From: Mytilus californianus
Lineage: Eukaryota
Direction of reading: 5' to 3'
Length of the DNA: 64,000 nucleotides
Assembly (NCBI RefSeq): GCF_021869535.1
Contig: NW_026262679.1
Coordinates: 87,358,001-87,422,000, forward strand
In this document: positions 37,211 to 51,489 of the stretch, piece after piece
How the letters are laid out: each line of letters opens with the position of its first letter
Position numbering within the stretch: the stretch's first letter is position 1
Position numbers and translations under genes: made by a program
Notes under the pieces: generated by a model
Seen by the model: only the letters and a program-made list of their open reading frames with translations
Databases searched by the model: none
Told to the model about the DNA's origin: nothing

Positions 37211-38366
37211 ATTAATGTGGCATTAAATTTTCATATTCCAATAGAAATTAAATTCTAGACTTCATTTTGACTGCTCTTTATGTTTGAAGGGGCATGTATC
37301 CTTCCAAAAAGATGATATACATCATAAAAGTTAAATTACTCTAGTGGACGACCATTTGATCCTAAGGTGTTGCAGTTTGTGACGAGAAGAAAATAAGTAT
37401 TCTGGTACTGGTCTGAGTGAAAATACATAACTTTGTCGCCTTTGAGTTGAAAATAAATGTCCTGACCTCATCAAATCCCCCCTCCCTCAGAATGAAATGG
37501 TCGTCCCTAAGAAGATCAACTACAAGCCGTATAATGACTCATTCTGAATAACCTTTCATCTGAAAACAATGATAATATTTTTGGCAACTGCATATTTCTT
37601 AATACATTCAATTTATATTTAACTAGCACACCATGAACTTGGGGAAATCATATATATACTGGCGTTAATCTCATTTCATTTGCATTCAGTTCTTTTTTTT
37701 TTAATTGCATAATTTTCAATTCGTTTGGGTTCTTTTTACGGATTCCTTTTAAAATTTAAACTACGTGAACCCTGAACAACAATTTTATGTTTTGACTTAC
37801 TGAAATATAAATTCTTTTATAAGTTGAAAATGAAACCATTTTTATAAATTAAAACTTAAACTTCACATTTATTTACTCAAATAAATAAAATAATACGAGC
37901 CATATCCATATTTCCATCAATATTATTTCTATCCGTCTCCGTCTAAAACAATAAATAAACAAATGTGTATTGAACATACTTTATATGTCAATTACTCTCA
38001 GGTAATTAATTAGATAAAATCGTTCTACACCCTCTGTCCCGTATACTTCGTCTTGATAGACTTGTACCGAATGCGATCGTCATGTCCCGTAGGCGGAAAT
38101 AAAACGATTACGGCTTAAGATATAAGTTATATATCCTGTACAACTTTGTCTCAAGAAAAAAAAACTGAACTAAAAAGTAAAATGATAGCAATAAGAATCT
38201 TCTACAAATTTATAAAATCATTGGTTAGCCAGAAATTTTTTATAAACATGTTTTACAGGGAAGAGAAAACACCTTTAGCTATGATTGACAAAATTATATC
38301 TGTAATTGTGGTTTTTTAAGCAAACCTTGATTCTAGTAAGATTAATGTATGAAAGGAGTGATTGAG

Positions 38367-41190
38367 GTTTTGACCAAGAGACAGCAACCCAACGACACAA
38401 AAAGCAAAAGACATCTAATTTTCAATTCATTTAAATTTGTGTGAACCACCTGTCTTTCTCAATTTTCATGGACAGTATATGATAGCTTTAGTGAAAGGCC
38501 CTACTTCCTGTTGTCCTTGAAAGCATCATGGGAACGTCTGAAAGTAAAATTTTCTGTTTCGGAATTTAAATGAAAGACTGAGTAGACCGTAACTTGAATA
38601 TTTTAAATTTAAATACTTGAAAATGTAAAGGCTTCTATTTGGTTTTTAAACAAAAACCTTCGAGATCAAAGCCATTGCTTTTAAAAATCATTCCTAAAAC
38701 CTTGACAAATCCAAAGTAGCCAAGCAAGCAATTTCATTAACATATGACCATGCTAAAGCTTACTGAACACTTAATAAACACAAACGAAAGGACAATCGAG
38801 TTCTACGACTTCCGCACTAAAAGTATGGAGGACATGAACACTCAAACCCCAACTACCATACTTTTATGATCTCCATCTAGGTTTAGAATATGATCTATAT
38901 ATAAATTTAATTAAAAAAACACATAAAAACATACATAGTATCCAGCCACATTCTGTATGTATGTGCCTGTCCCAAGTCAGGAGCCTGTAAGTCAGTGGTT
39001 GTAGTTTGTTTATGTGTTACATATTTGTTTTTCGTTCATTTTTTGTACATAAATTAGGCCGTTAGTTTTCTCGTTTGAATTGTTTTACATTGTCATTTCG
39101 GGGCCTTTTATAGCTGACTGTGCGGTATGGGCTTTGCTCATTGTTGAAGGCCGTACGGTAACCTAAAGTTGTTAATTTCTGTGTCATTTGGTCTCTTGTG
39201 GAGAGTTGTCTCATTGGCAATCATACCACATCTTCTTTTTTATATATAGCAACGGATGGAAAATCTTACGATGTTGCAACTTATTTCGATATTATTATTA
39301 TTTTCGATATAATATCATTCAATTGATTTGGTCAGATCGATGTTTACATGTTATGAAAATGTGGAGCAGGATCTCCTAACCCTTCCAGAGCACTTTGTAT
39401 GACATCTGGTTTGTGATTGGGTTCATGTTGATAAGTCTTTAATTTTTTATGTGGTGTTTTGTGGGCTTGTTTGTGTTTTTGTCGTTTTCGGGATGTTTTC
39501 TGCAACGGCGTTGTCAGTTTCTCTCTGACCTTTGAGTTTTGAACGTCTCCTCGGTACCTTCCGCATCCTTAAATTAAAGTAATCAAAAACTGCAAGTAAT
39601 ATTGATAAATTAAATAATTCACTGACCTTATCTTTGCCAAAAACTAACTTGGACTTTTTACTTCTTAAAGACGGCACCATTGTGTCAATTATGTAGCTAG
39701 TATAAAGAAGTCGATATTGAGTTGTATGAAAACTCTTTCTAGTTAACTGGACCTTCCTTTACTTTAGGGCTCCCTACATTTTAGTGCTAGAGTTCTTTTA
39801 TGGTTTAATATGATTAGGTTAGGGATGGCCTAGGTAAATATTTGGTATTAGGATTATGGCTAGTGTTAGAGTAAGGTTTATTGTAAACAATAGTTTTTGT
39901 ATAGCTCTATCTTGGTTGGGACCTTTAAAGTTTTTGACCAAGAGACACCAACCCAACGACATAAAAAGCGAAAGGAATCTAATTTTCAATTGATTTAACT
40001 TTGTGTAAACCACCTGTCTTTCTCAATTTTCATTGACAGTACATAATAACTGAAGTGTAGTGACCTACTTACTTCCTGTTGTCCTTGAAAGCCTCATGGG
40101 AACTCCTGCAAGTAAAATTTCTGTTTTGGAATATAAATGAAAGACTGATAGACCGTAACTTGAATATTTTGAATTTAAAATACTAGCAAAATGTAAAGGT
40201 TTCTATTTGGTTTTTAAACAACTTTCGAGATCAAATCCATTGCTTTTAGATCTGGAACCATTCTTAAAACCTTAACAAATGCAAAGTAGCCAAGCAAACA
40301 ATTTCATTAACAGAGGACCACGATATAGCTGTTAGTACCTGCAATGGCTGAATGAAAACTTAATAAACACAATTAAGCGAAAGGACAATCGAGTTTCTCG
40401 TCTTCCACACTAAAAGTAGAAAGGACATGAACACTCCAACCTCAACTATCATACTCCTATGATCTCCATTTAGGTTTAAATCTAAATCTTATTAAAAAAA
40501 CAACACAAAAACATACATAGCAACGGATGGAAAGTCTTACTCAATGTTGCAACTTATTTCGATATTATTATTATTTTCGAGATAATATCTATTGATTTGG
40601 TCAGATCGATGTTTATATGCTGTGAAAATGTGATGCAGGATCTCATAACCCTTCCAAAGTACTTTGTATAACCTCATGTTTGTGGTTGGTTCGTGTTTTT
40701 CTTTTCTATATAGTGTTTTGTGGACTTTTATCTTTTCGTCGTTTTCGGGATATTTTTTGCCACAGCGTTGTCAATTTCTCTTTGACCTTTGAGTTTTGAA
40801 CGTCGTCTCGTTATCTTCCGCATCCTTAAAGTATTTAGTAACCAAAAACTGTAAGTAATATAGATAAATTAATGAATTCACTGACCTTAATAATGGAAAT
40901 GAACATTTTTGCCAAAAGCTAACTTTCGATTTTTTACTTATTAAAGACGGCACCATTGTGTCAATTATGTAGTTAGTACAAAGAAGTTGATATTGAGTTG
41001 TATGTAAACTCTTTCAAATTAACTGGACGTTATTTTACTTTAGGGGTCCCTACACTTTAGTGTTAAGTCTTTTATGGTTATTGTTAGGTATGGAGATGTT
41101 CTGATTATTAGAGCTATCACTAGTGTTAGAGTTAGGTTTATGATAAATAATAGTTTTGTAAAGCTCTATCTGGGTTAGGACCCCTAAAGT
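38367..41190 (+). repeat. Tandem segmental duplication, two about 1.26-kb units (38367-39929 and 39930-41190)
   Basis: Collinear from TTTTGACCAAGAGACA.CAACCCAACGAC to GCTCTATCT.GGTT.GGACC..TAAAGT. Unit A carries an extra 311-bp insertion. Confidence 0.9.
38939..39249 (+). mobile_element. 5'-truncated retroelement 3' end inserted in one duplicate only
   Basis: Unit B reads ACATACATAG-CAACGG; unit A reads ACATACATAG-[insert ending CATCTTCTTTTTTATATATAG]-CAACGG, consistent with a short ATAG duplication. Confidence 0.85.
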
Positions 41191-41220
41191 AAAAAAAGGT
41201 CGTCAACTGAACAGTTGAGA

Positions 41221-42720
41221 CAGAGGTGTTTACCCCTTTTTGTTAACTTTAGTAATCCTAATGGGATTTTTCAGTAATTTTGGCCATAAATTTCCAATTT
41301 CCATCATAATTTGCAAACACATATCTACTTTCTCACATAAAATGTTCACAAAAATGTTTTATTCCAGTTTTAACAGAGAAAAGACAATTAAGAAACATCA
41401 TTTAATTGGATAAAACATAAATTAGTGTGATATCTTCACAAGTAGCATATATATTTGTATATATGGTAAAGTCATAAACAATGAAAACACAACCAAACAA
41501 AATATGTACATGTGTTGCTTATACATGTATCATGTATACCAATAGATTTTTATTTCTCTATTCAACATACATGTATGTAAAAATTCGACTTTGATACATT
41601 ACCATAAAGGATAAGCAAAAAAGAAGTATTAGTAAATAGAAAAAAAGATACTGTACACCTTTTTTATTTATAGATTTATGAGGCATAAGTTGACTTCCTA
41701 CCAACCTTTTATAAAATCTTACTTGTTTTATGAGGTCACATACATGTATCAACTAATACTTTAGTTTAATGAGTTTGGCTTTACATAAATGTGAATACAT
41801 GATACAATTGACAACAGAATATTATGAGTTTAAAACATTTAAAAAATATTTATACTATTGGTCATTTTAAACATTCACTAACACAATGAAATCAAATTAA
41901 AAAAAGTAATTCAACATGTAAATGTTTGTACTGAAGTTAACTTTAAAATATCACAGTGAAATAAAATGTAAAATAAATGATAAAAAACAAAATAAAAAAA
42001 CAAAAACTGGGACAAGTACATATACATTTTATAACAGAACAAAGCATCAATGAAAAAAATAAAATTAGAAAAACATCAAACAATTGGGACTAGTACATGT
42101 GCATTTTATGACAGAAAAAAATGTAATCATTATAAATGTGACTAGATGAAAACTGTTAATCAATTGAAATGAATAAAAAAACTTAAAACAACAATGACAA
42201 TGCAGCAAACATGTCAAAATGGAGTTGAAAATTTTACATTTTTCATATGAGTTTGAATGTAGAACAATATTTTATTCCCATTTTGCCCATACAACAGATG
42301 TATAACCCTTCAAACGTTTGCAGTAAATGTATCTACATGTACATGTAATTAAAAGTGTACACATACAAGGAAAATCTAGGCACAGGTTCATGTATAGTAG
42401 TTAAGAATTAAGGTGATTGTAGTAGGCACCTTTGAGTCTATCCAGGTTTGCATTACCATGTTTCCTAGCTTTATCACATGGATTTCTTGGTTTCGATTTG
42501 TTAACTAGCAACGCCTCCGAAGTGTGGTCCCCTAAAGATGCTCTCTGGTCGGTTCTGTTTTTTTCTCACAACAGAGAAAACCCTTTCACAATGTGCACTA
42601 CTGTGTGGAATGCACAAAGTCCCAAGACAAAATTGGGCTAAATGGTTGAACATAAGGTTTCCACCTGTATCTTTCATTTGTCCAATGGCATTCCATTTTA
42701 CATCCACTCTGTCAAATGCT
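41221..42720 (-). mobile_element. Truncated hAT transposon (C-terminal dimerisation domain and probable terminus)
   Basis: The minus strand at about 42400-42707 reads WNAIGQMKDTGG..FNHLAQFCLGTLCIPHSSAHCERVFSVVRK then, after a frameshift, TDQRASL..EALLV, the hAT (PHS.A..ER.FS) motif. CAGAGGTG at 41221 is a possible terminus. Confidence 0.65.
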
Positions 42721-45389
42721 TTCAGTTAAAAAATAGCCTATTTGCAAATTTTCATCAAATTTTCATTATGGGATCAAAACTGTATCGTATGCCCTTAAAG
42801 AACCCTTGAAACAACTCTTTGAGGTGGATTGCTGTAAGGTAAAATCTATATGTCCTATCCAACATATCCTTTTTCATAGGCAGTCTTTTGTTCTCGACCC
42901 TTATTCAGGTCCGTACACTTTGCACAACCGACTATTATTTTGTTCTTGGCCAGAATATACAGTAAATATCATGGCTGGATGTAAAGTAAACAATGATCCA
43001 TCCCGTCAAGCAGTAAAACCCAGGTTGTAGAGGTGTGTCCGTTTGGTGGCGTGGGATAGATAAACACGCATGCACGTCCGGTCGTCAAACCGATTTTTCG
43101 TATAAGAAGAGCGCCACATCCTCTGAATATTAAAGAACCCATACAAGAACTGTTCGAGGAGTCCGTATAGACAGCCCATCCGTTGCAAAAAGTATAACAA
43201 AAATACCGAACTCCAGGGTAAAATTTAAAAAGGGGAAGTCCACAAAAACTGACAAAGTCAAACGTTAGACTTTATCAACCAACGGAACGAATGGACAACA
43301 ACTGTCATTTTTCTGATTTAGTACAGACATGTGTTTGTATATACAATGTATACAATCTTTTTATAGTGACAGAGTCTTAATTGTCTGCCCTAGTTCGTGG
43401 TCGACCCACTTTGGAGAACTTACCTATTAGATGCATCGTAAGTTTCTCCTCCTGAAGATGTATGAAATATTTGCTACTGGACATTAAACAAATAATGACC
43501 AATACCATCTACTATGATGAATTAGGGGTTCGTTCGAGCTAAACCTATTTGCATTATGGCAGCAACACCTGCATATCTCCTACATTTGATAGATACTGCA
43601 TACCTTGAGGCTCCTATAATGATTTTTATAGAGGTAAGTTACCAAGGGTTTCAAATGGAAAAGTTATCCCTTCGAAAGTGTTACGCAATTATAATTTGAT
43701 CGTTATAGGGAATATCTGTGTCAGAGAAGTAATGTTCCATGCACATGTCGCAGCAAGATTCCCGTCTTCTTTTCCGCGATTGTGACATCACCTATAATAC
43801 GTGTCATAAGCAACACGACAATTGCCACTAGTGGAACAGGAATTGTTTACCCTTCTTGGGCATCTTGGTTAAACACTGGTTTTGTGTTGGGATTCGTGTT
43901 GCTCAGTCTTTGGTTTTCTATATAGAGTTTGTAGGCTATAGTTTGTCTTTTTGTCGCAATTCTTTTTATCCATGGTGTTATCTGTTTTGCTTTGACTTAC
44001 AGCTTTTGGTTGCTCCTATGCAGCAAAACCTCTTTTAAGTAGCAGTCTTAATTTCCTGCCATTTATCCTGGGCGACCCGCTTTGTGACCGTTTTCGTCCT
44101 GGATTTGTTTGAAAATTTTGCCACTGCACGTAAAACAAAACAATAAAGATCAATCTAACTAAAAATATGACATTTCGACAAATTAAAATAAATCATTACT
44201 AGATTTATTCTGTGCTAACATGAAATATCATTGATGCGATCACTTTCTGAAAATTTACTGTTCATAAAATGTTAAAATCTTTCGAAACACTATTTGGCAC
44301 ATTTTTTTGAGTTAAAATTTGGTTTTCAACGCTTTTCATTTTTGAAGTTGTTTTGGCCTTCTTATTCCAACTGTTTTGAATCGGGCGCTACTAATGAGTC
44401 TTATGTAGATGAAACGCCATGTGTGTCGTTCTTTAGTGAAAGTATGGTACTTTTTATAAGTTTTTTTTCAAAATTGTACTGACATATTTATGCTTATTTC
44501 GTGGGGTTATTTTTTAAATTATCTCTTATACCGTTGTGTTAACTGCAAAGGGCATCAATGTACGTTCGTTGAAAGAAAGATAAGCAAGAAAAGATAAATT
44601 AAAAAAATATAATAGATAATTATGTTTTGGTTACTTTGTTTATTTTCGTTGGGTTGTTGTCTCATTGACGTAATCATCACATCTCCTTTTATTTATATGC
44701 AAAGGTGTGGTGCCGCCTGGAATGTTTGGTGAACTGTAGAGTTAACTTGCGTTTTCACAATGTCATGTGATCTTCAAGCTGAAAACAACATAAATATTTT
44801 GGAGATGCGAACGGTATCAATGTACGTTCGATGAAAGGAAGATAACCCAAAGAATTGAGGAAAAGTCATGCCAATTTCTGTTGTTTTACAGATACTAGTA
44901 GCCAAATCCTATTGTTGGCCCTTTTTTTGCAACAGACTTTCTCGAATGAGCAATTAATATAAATTATTGAGAGAATATAAATGGTGACCTTTCGAAGATA
45001 ACTCTTGAAATATTAAATTTAAAAAAAAATCCTACAAAAAGTCTTTGCATTGTTCAACAATTTTTTCCACACAATATGCTCTATTGGTATTACATGCAAA
45101 ACCATCCGTAACTTTTAAGTATTAAACGAATATACGAAAGTTTTATTTAGGTTCGGTATAGTTACACACTACAAAACTTTAGCTCTATGGAGCTTTTAGC
45201 CGACTACATACAACATACACAACAATATGAGAACATGGCACAATCATTCAAGCAAACTAAAAATAGAGAAGCACGCATAAAAGTAAGCACAACACAAGCA
45301 TGGCAAAGCAAATTATAAATGCTAGCATACATATAAAAGATCAAAGTAATGTAAAACTAGCACAGTGAAATAAAATGAAACCTTATCTA

Positions 45390-45720
45390 CATGCAGAACC
45401 GACATTCCGAGCCTTTCCAGGACTGCATAAGACCTTTGAACTGAGAAAAACTGCTCTCTGTCCTGAAAAGGTCCGGAAGACTGTTTCACAATGTAGCAGC
45501 AGCAAATTTGAAACTTTTCTTATTCATTTTTACATGTGGAGTATCCAATAAATTGTTATATATTAGTATGAAAGAATATTTCGATTGTTTTACCTTTAAT
45601 TAGTATTATAAACATACAGGTGATAAGTTATTAACAATTTTAAAAGTTTCATTCTTCTGACTTGCAGAGAAGGCATCTTCGCTTAAGTAATTTTCTTCCT
45701 TTTCCATACAAAGCTAATAT
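45390..45720 (-). pseudogene. CR1/L2-clade LINE ORF2 C-terminal fragment
   Basis: The minus strand reads SLQVRRMK..IVNNLSPVCL..KKSFKFAAATL*NSLPDLFR..FSQFKGLMQSWKGSECRFCM*. Confidence 0.65.
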
Positions 45721-45907
45721 TGCTTCAAGTTTTATTGCATATGTAACTTATCCGACTAGGTAGACATAAACTCATGTAAACATCAGTAACACGGAGTTTT
45801 CTCTATAATTAACATTTTAATTGTAATCCTCGAGGGTAGACATAACCCGAATAATGTCAGTCGTTAAATTCCGCCGATCTCCGATTGCTTCATTAACGAT
45901 AGGCTAT

Positions 45908-45926
45908 AGGCCGCTAGAGGGCGCAG
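45908..45926 (+). promoter_or_regulatory. CTCF-consensus motif
   Basis: AGGCCGCTAGAGGGCGCAG; the core CCGCTAGAGGGCGC fits CCRSYAGRKGGCRS at every position. Confidence 0.5.
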
Positions 45927-48900
45927 AATTATTCGAGTTAGGGTAGACATGGTATACAAATATGTTCACTATTTTTATCGGTTCGATAAATAAATTAATA
46001 CGCAGCCATGTCCAGCCGACACTTAAATCCGATTCTCGGTATTTGTTGGAAAGTGTTCTGCTGTCTGTCCTAAAACAAATACAGAAAAAGTTCAATCTCT
46101 AGCCAAGATATACAGCATTTTCCATTGTCAGTAAAAATTGGATGCCTTATAGCCATGTCCATCCTATGTTTATAGAACCTATATCTAAATGATGTGTTGT
46201 TTATTTGTGTTTTTTTAATCCTATACATGTGCCAAATATATTAACGTTAAGCAACCATTTCACATCTTTATTAAAAATCTGTATGTCAGTCCGTCAGCCA
46301 TGCAGGGATTTCACCAGGTTTGTAAAATATTAGCCTCTATTCATAAAAATAAAACTCAAATAAGTCTTGCAAGCGCAGTTCTTTATGTGCCGCAACCGCT
46401 TGTTGGGTAGCGACGTAAATCAAGTCCTGAGGCAGACCTCCTACGATCTTCTTAAAGAGTTGTTGCAAGGGTTATTGAACGTGCAGACAATGTGGTATTC
46501 TCCCTACATGGGACATCAGATTAAGCACCCCCATTCAGACCCAGCATGACTTCGTATTTACATATCCATATCAACCAAAAAGACTCCCCCCCCCCCCCCA
46601 CCAGCTTAAGTTTACTGCCCTAATGTATTTGCTTACTCAGAAGATGATTTCGGTATAACGTCTAACATATATTTATAAAACTACATAATTATATAGATAC
46701 ACCTACTAATTGTAACTATTGCAATAATATATATAACTTCTAAAATATAAACAAGTCTAAATTGAAAACAACGTTCAAACCTATGATTGCTTTGGATAAA
46801 AACCGCAATTTTTATACGTGTGAATGCAAAACAAATTTCTTGGTAAAGGGGTCTAAATACAGCTCAAACAACATTTTCCAAAAGACCAAAAAAGTGACAA
46901 AGTATATTTCAACAAAACGCATTTGACTAGCAGGTCGAACAACGGATGTTCTTAAACCCTGTTGACTGCCATTGACGATTGCCAAATAAAATGATCACCA
47001 GATGTAACAAAATGGATCTTAAATATTAATCTAATATCAAACAGAAAACAATAAACTTGCGGAAAAGATGGTATACTGCAAACAAAAGGTGCAAAAATTA
47101 GTACACCATATCCGGATTTCGACAAAATAGATATCGTAAGACAGAGTTTCAAGAAATGGTATTAGTAATTCAAAGTCAAATTATTGTATTTATTTCGACA
47201 ATTAATATTTGATTTTCGTGCAATCTATTTATTTGCACTTCTATTTGCCGGATATTTAATTTTCAGATGATCTCGGAAAGTTATTAAAGCCTGCAAAATA
47301 CTGTTATTAAGGTTGTTTGCTTTTTAATAAATCGAACGAATAATTATTTAGTATAATTTTCATGTGTTTTAAGCCTATAAATTTTAGTTTAAGCATTTCA
47401 TAAAAACAAATATAAACTTAATAATTAAACAGAGTAAATCAAAACATATTTTCACGACCTGAACATGATTTAATTATCATGAACAAAATTAATATCCATC
47501 AAAACCACGCACACACTATATACATGCATAATAATTAACTGCAAAGCGCAAATATTCCTTTAGTTGAATTCTCAATTTTGTCAATATCGTTGCAAAGAAA
47601 AGAAAAGAAAAGTGTTAAATGAAATCCGTTTGAATAAAAATAGCTCAAAAAATGGAAAAAGGGTTGTTTAACCGTAACATTAATCATTATAAACGGAATT
47701 ACGAAAAAAAAAACGTACAATCAGAGAAAAAGTCACGTTATTCAAACTGTGTCATTATATAATGGGGAACAGATAAATGTATCCCAGTATGATGTAATGC
47801 AATTAATCTCTGTTTAGTTATAGCAGGATTAATTTAATCAGCATGTTGTTCGTCTCATTATATTAATCACGATACTGTACATGTATAGTACTTCTACTGT
47901 CTCATGGAAACAACTTTTCCAGGCATTAATGCTGAAAAAAATTGTTCAGCATAACCCACTCACTAGTTTCCGAGGTGAACATTTTGAATGTACTCGCGAC
48001 GACGAATGAAAAATGGTGACAATATTAGTGAATGACACCACTTTTTTCTTAATTGTTTTTTGTTTTTTTTTGTTTTTTGTTTTTTTTTTTTGTTTTTTTT
48101 TTGTTTCAGATATCCATACTTTATACATAAGTAGAAGCACCCATTCTGACATAATTGCACGTGAAGGGGATAGTCATTTTCTTTTTTGTTTGGCAAATTT
48201 GCTCTTAACAACCCACTTCAACTACTTGTAAACAGTAAATACGAGTGAATAATACAAGTACAAATGTACATAACAACGAAGCATTTGATGTGAAAATGCT
48301 TGTAGGTGGGAATATTAATACTTGATTGAAGAGTACGTTTAACAAAAGTCCTTTTCAAAGGTGGTAATTAATACTTGACTAAAGAGTACGTTAACAAAAG
48401 TCCTTTTCAAATTACTTTACATATATGTGCATACTATTGGTCATAAGATATATATCTCCCAAACTATCAGTTATTTATTTTTATATCAAAATACTCTTAA
48501 ATTATTTAGGGTTTCTTTTTTAATATGTACTAACAGCAATCTCTATGAATTAAGAAACAGTTATAAAATTCTTGCTCAGTAACTCGTCTTTTGAAACCCT
48601 TCACATTTCTCGTCCTGAATTTGTAATAGTGTCCACTGGACGTGGACCCAAATTGTAAGCCATATTGAATACCGTCTCTGTTTTCCGATGACGAGCAAGG
48701 CGAATATAGACGGGATACATTTTTATTATAAAATTCAAATAAAAAGAACAGAGAAATAAGTCATCAAACCCGTATACAGAAAACGGAGAAAGATTGGGTT
48801 TACATTTAGCTTTCGTTATTGTGTCGCAAAGGCAGCGGCATGATAAGACATACTTGTTAACCTATTGTATTATAGCATAACAAAGTATTGTATTGTACAA

Positions 48901-49499
48901 GTATCTTGTCAGCCTGAAAATAACATTCAGATGTTCACAAGACATTAATCTGCATGATATTAGTGATACTATATTTGAAGATAACTAATAAAATTGAGAA
49001 TGAAAACGGAGAATGTGTCAAAAAGACAACAACCCGACCAAAGAGCAGAAAACAACCGAAGGCCACCAATGGGTCTTAAACACAGAAATGCGGCAGGCCG
49101 GGTTAAACATGTTTTGTAAGATCTCAACCCTCCCCTATCATACCTATAGACAGTATGGAATAAACAAACACAAAGCGATACGCACAGTAAAACTCAGTTA
49201 AAAAGAAGTCCGAGTCCGATGTTAGAATGGGTAACAGAAGAAACTGAGCAAAATGACAATGATTATCATAAATTAACAAAGGACTACTAGCAGTTACTGA
49301 CATGCCAGTTCCAGATCTCAATTAAACTGATTGAAAGATTATGTCTTCATCCTATGAAAATCAAGCACAATCCATCCCTTCAGGGGTTTAGTATCATACC
49401 ATCATAAAATATATGAAGAAAACATAACCCGTACTGCATATATGATTTGGTCTTTATTTACAAACTGACCCCTAGGATGACTGGGGTATAGAAATATGG

Positions 49500-49780
49500 T
49501 CACCTTGGACTTCTCTCAACCGGCACTTAAACCCTTGCCAAAGTTGGGAGTCCGTTTGGGTGTGCAGGATGTATAAATTCGAAGCCACATCCGGTCAAAT
49601 TGGGGATATTCAATTAGATGCCTCGTGTAGTTAGTTCCACGCTATCTGCACGTTAAATAACCCTTACAAAAATTCCTTGAGTTGTCCGTAGGTGGCCTGT
49701 TGAAATGTTTAACGTCTGCCCTATCCAGCATAATATCGTTTACACGTGGGAGTCTAAATGTCCCGTTCCTCATCCCTGTC
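49500..49780 (+). mobile_element. SINE-like repeat with a GCACGTTAAATAACCC core; diverged copies at about 46360-46555 (-) and 42970-43200 (+)
   Basis: A shared CTGCACGTT.AATAACCCTT.CAA.AA.TC.TT..G...CGTAGG block is present in the copies. Reminiscent of conserved-domain SINEs, but the family is not determined. Confidence 0.5.
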
Positions 49781-50888
49781 GTTCCAGTTCGTAGAACCAT
49801 GGAAGTATTATATTGACCATGGAAGTAAAATATGAATATAATACTTCCATGGTAGAACCTACCTATTGTATTAATTGTTCAAAATTTCTCGTGCTGAATA
49901 TGCATGCGATAATTGACATTGGACGTTTATCAAACAACTGTACAATCGAATAATCAATCATTTACAAACGTCTTACGTTATAAGAAAAACTGCCAAAAAT
50001 AACACCATTTTCGGAATTATCTGCTGACTAAAATGGCCAGACTGTATAAACGTATTACTTTATCCTTAAAATTAGCATAATTTAAAATGGGAAGGATGAA
50101 TTTGACATTGTTTGTAATTTTTGGGCAAAAAAAATGGGTTGTTATCGTATACTTTTTGTTGCTTTTGGATTTTTATTTCATATAATTTATTGACATAGAA
50201 TTTATTTGTCATCGGTCTTATACTGAAATTATTCTATAAATACGTGAGAAGTTATGCTATATCATATTAGAAAATAAACACGAAATAATTTGATTCTGAT
50301 TTTGACAGTTAATTTTATTTCTTTGATTGTTCTCTAGTTTTTTTGTTGTTTTTTTTGTTTTTTTTTTTTTTACATTATGTCGTGTTTTATGGACGTGTGT
50401 GTCTTTTCTTCGTCTTTCTTTTGTTGCCATGGCAGTTCTCATTTTGTCTTTTTTGAGTTTTGAATGTCACCTTGGTATTTTCCGCTTCTTTTTGCTGATA
50501 TTCGAACAATGCTTGTCTTGTCTAAAAATCTTCATTTGGATATAATCTAGGCGTGCTTATAATTCAGGTAAATACGGGAGAAACTAATCCTAATCATTGT
50601 GTGTATTGTTTTGACTGACTACAAGAAAAAAATTGCATCTCCACTTTTATTCGCATTCTTCATTTAATCGCAAACTTGTTGAATGAAAATCTTCCGTAAA
50701 TCTCACATTAAGACAGCGATAGTAGGCCATTGACATAGAAAATTAATTACTAGAGCTATCTTCTGATTTTGTGATTAATTGCATATGCCTTGTAAATCCT
50801 TAGCGTACACATAACACGTACACGACTGGCTTTGAGATAACTACATATTACATGTTATCATAATAAAGACTGTCAGAAACCGGTGCTG

Positions 50889-50898
50889 CCAAATATGG
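50889..50898 (+). promoter_or_regulatory. CArG box (SRF site)
   Basis: CCAAATATGG = CC(A/T)6GG, about 2.9 kb upstream of the inferred MRLC start site. Confidence 0.45.
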
Positions 50899-51489
50899 AT
50901 GGAAGCGTGTGATCAGAAACAGTGTGTAGGGCATTGTGTAAAAACAGAACCAGACACAATGATGATTTTGCTTCGATAGATGAAACCTATGTTTTAATGT
51001 TATAAACTCTGAGGTTATAAATAAAAATATATTTTGAGATGTGATGAGTTTATTATTTTTATTTAGAAATTTTGTATCAAGACGTTTAAACACAGTAATT
51101 TATCTTTTTGACTTAATCTCCCAAAGAAAATTATCTAAGCATTCTAGGAGGAAGAACCACTTCTGGTTATTTTCAGTATAATATTAGTATAACTGAGTTT
51201 ATTGGTTTTGAATAAAATAAATCAGCTTTGTTTAATTCTTACACACCTGTTAAATATACATTAAACAAAACAGAAACAAAAAAAGTATCTGTCAGTTTTT
51301 TTTTAACTTGAAAAGTTGCATTTTAACGAGTATTCTGCGAATAACTTGTCCTATATTGTTGCCGGTTGTTTTCTTTAATTAGTTTCCAATATTTAAGAAG
51401 AGAAGAAAGAACATCTTTATCAATACACAAGTGAGGGTTGCAATTAGAAATCTGATCCGTCAATCAAAGAAAAGTGTGCGCGTAGTGTT

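Noticed and set aside
39760-39890. Interstitial telomeric sequence (TTAGGG-like)
   Set aside because: Only scattered TTAGG words within the duplicated unit; there is no true array.
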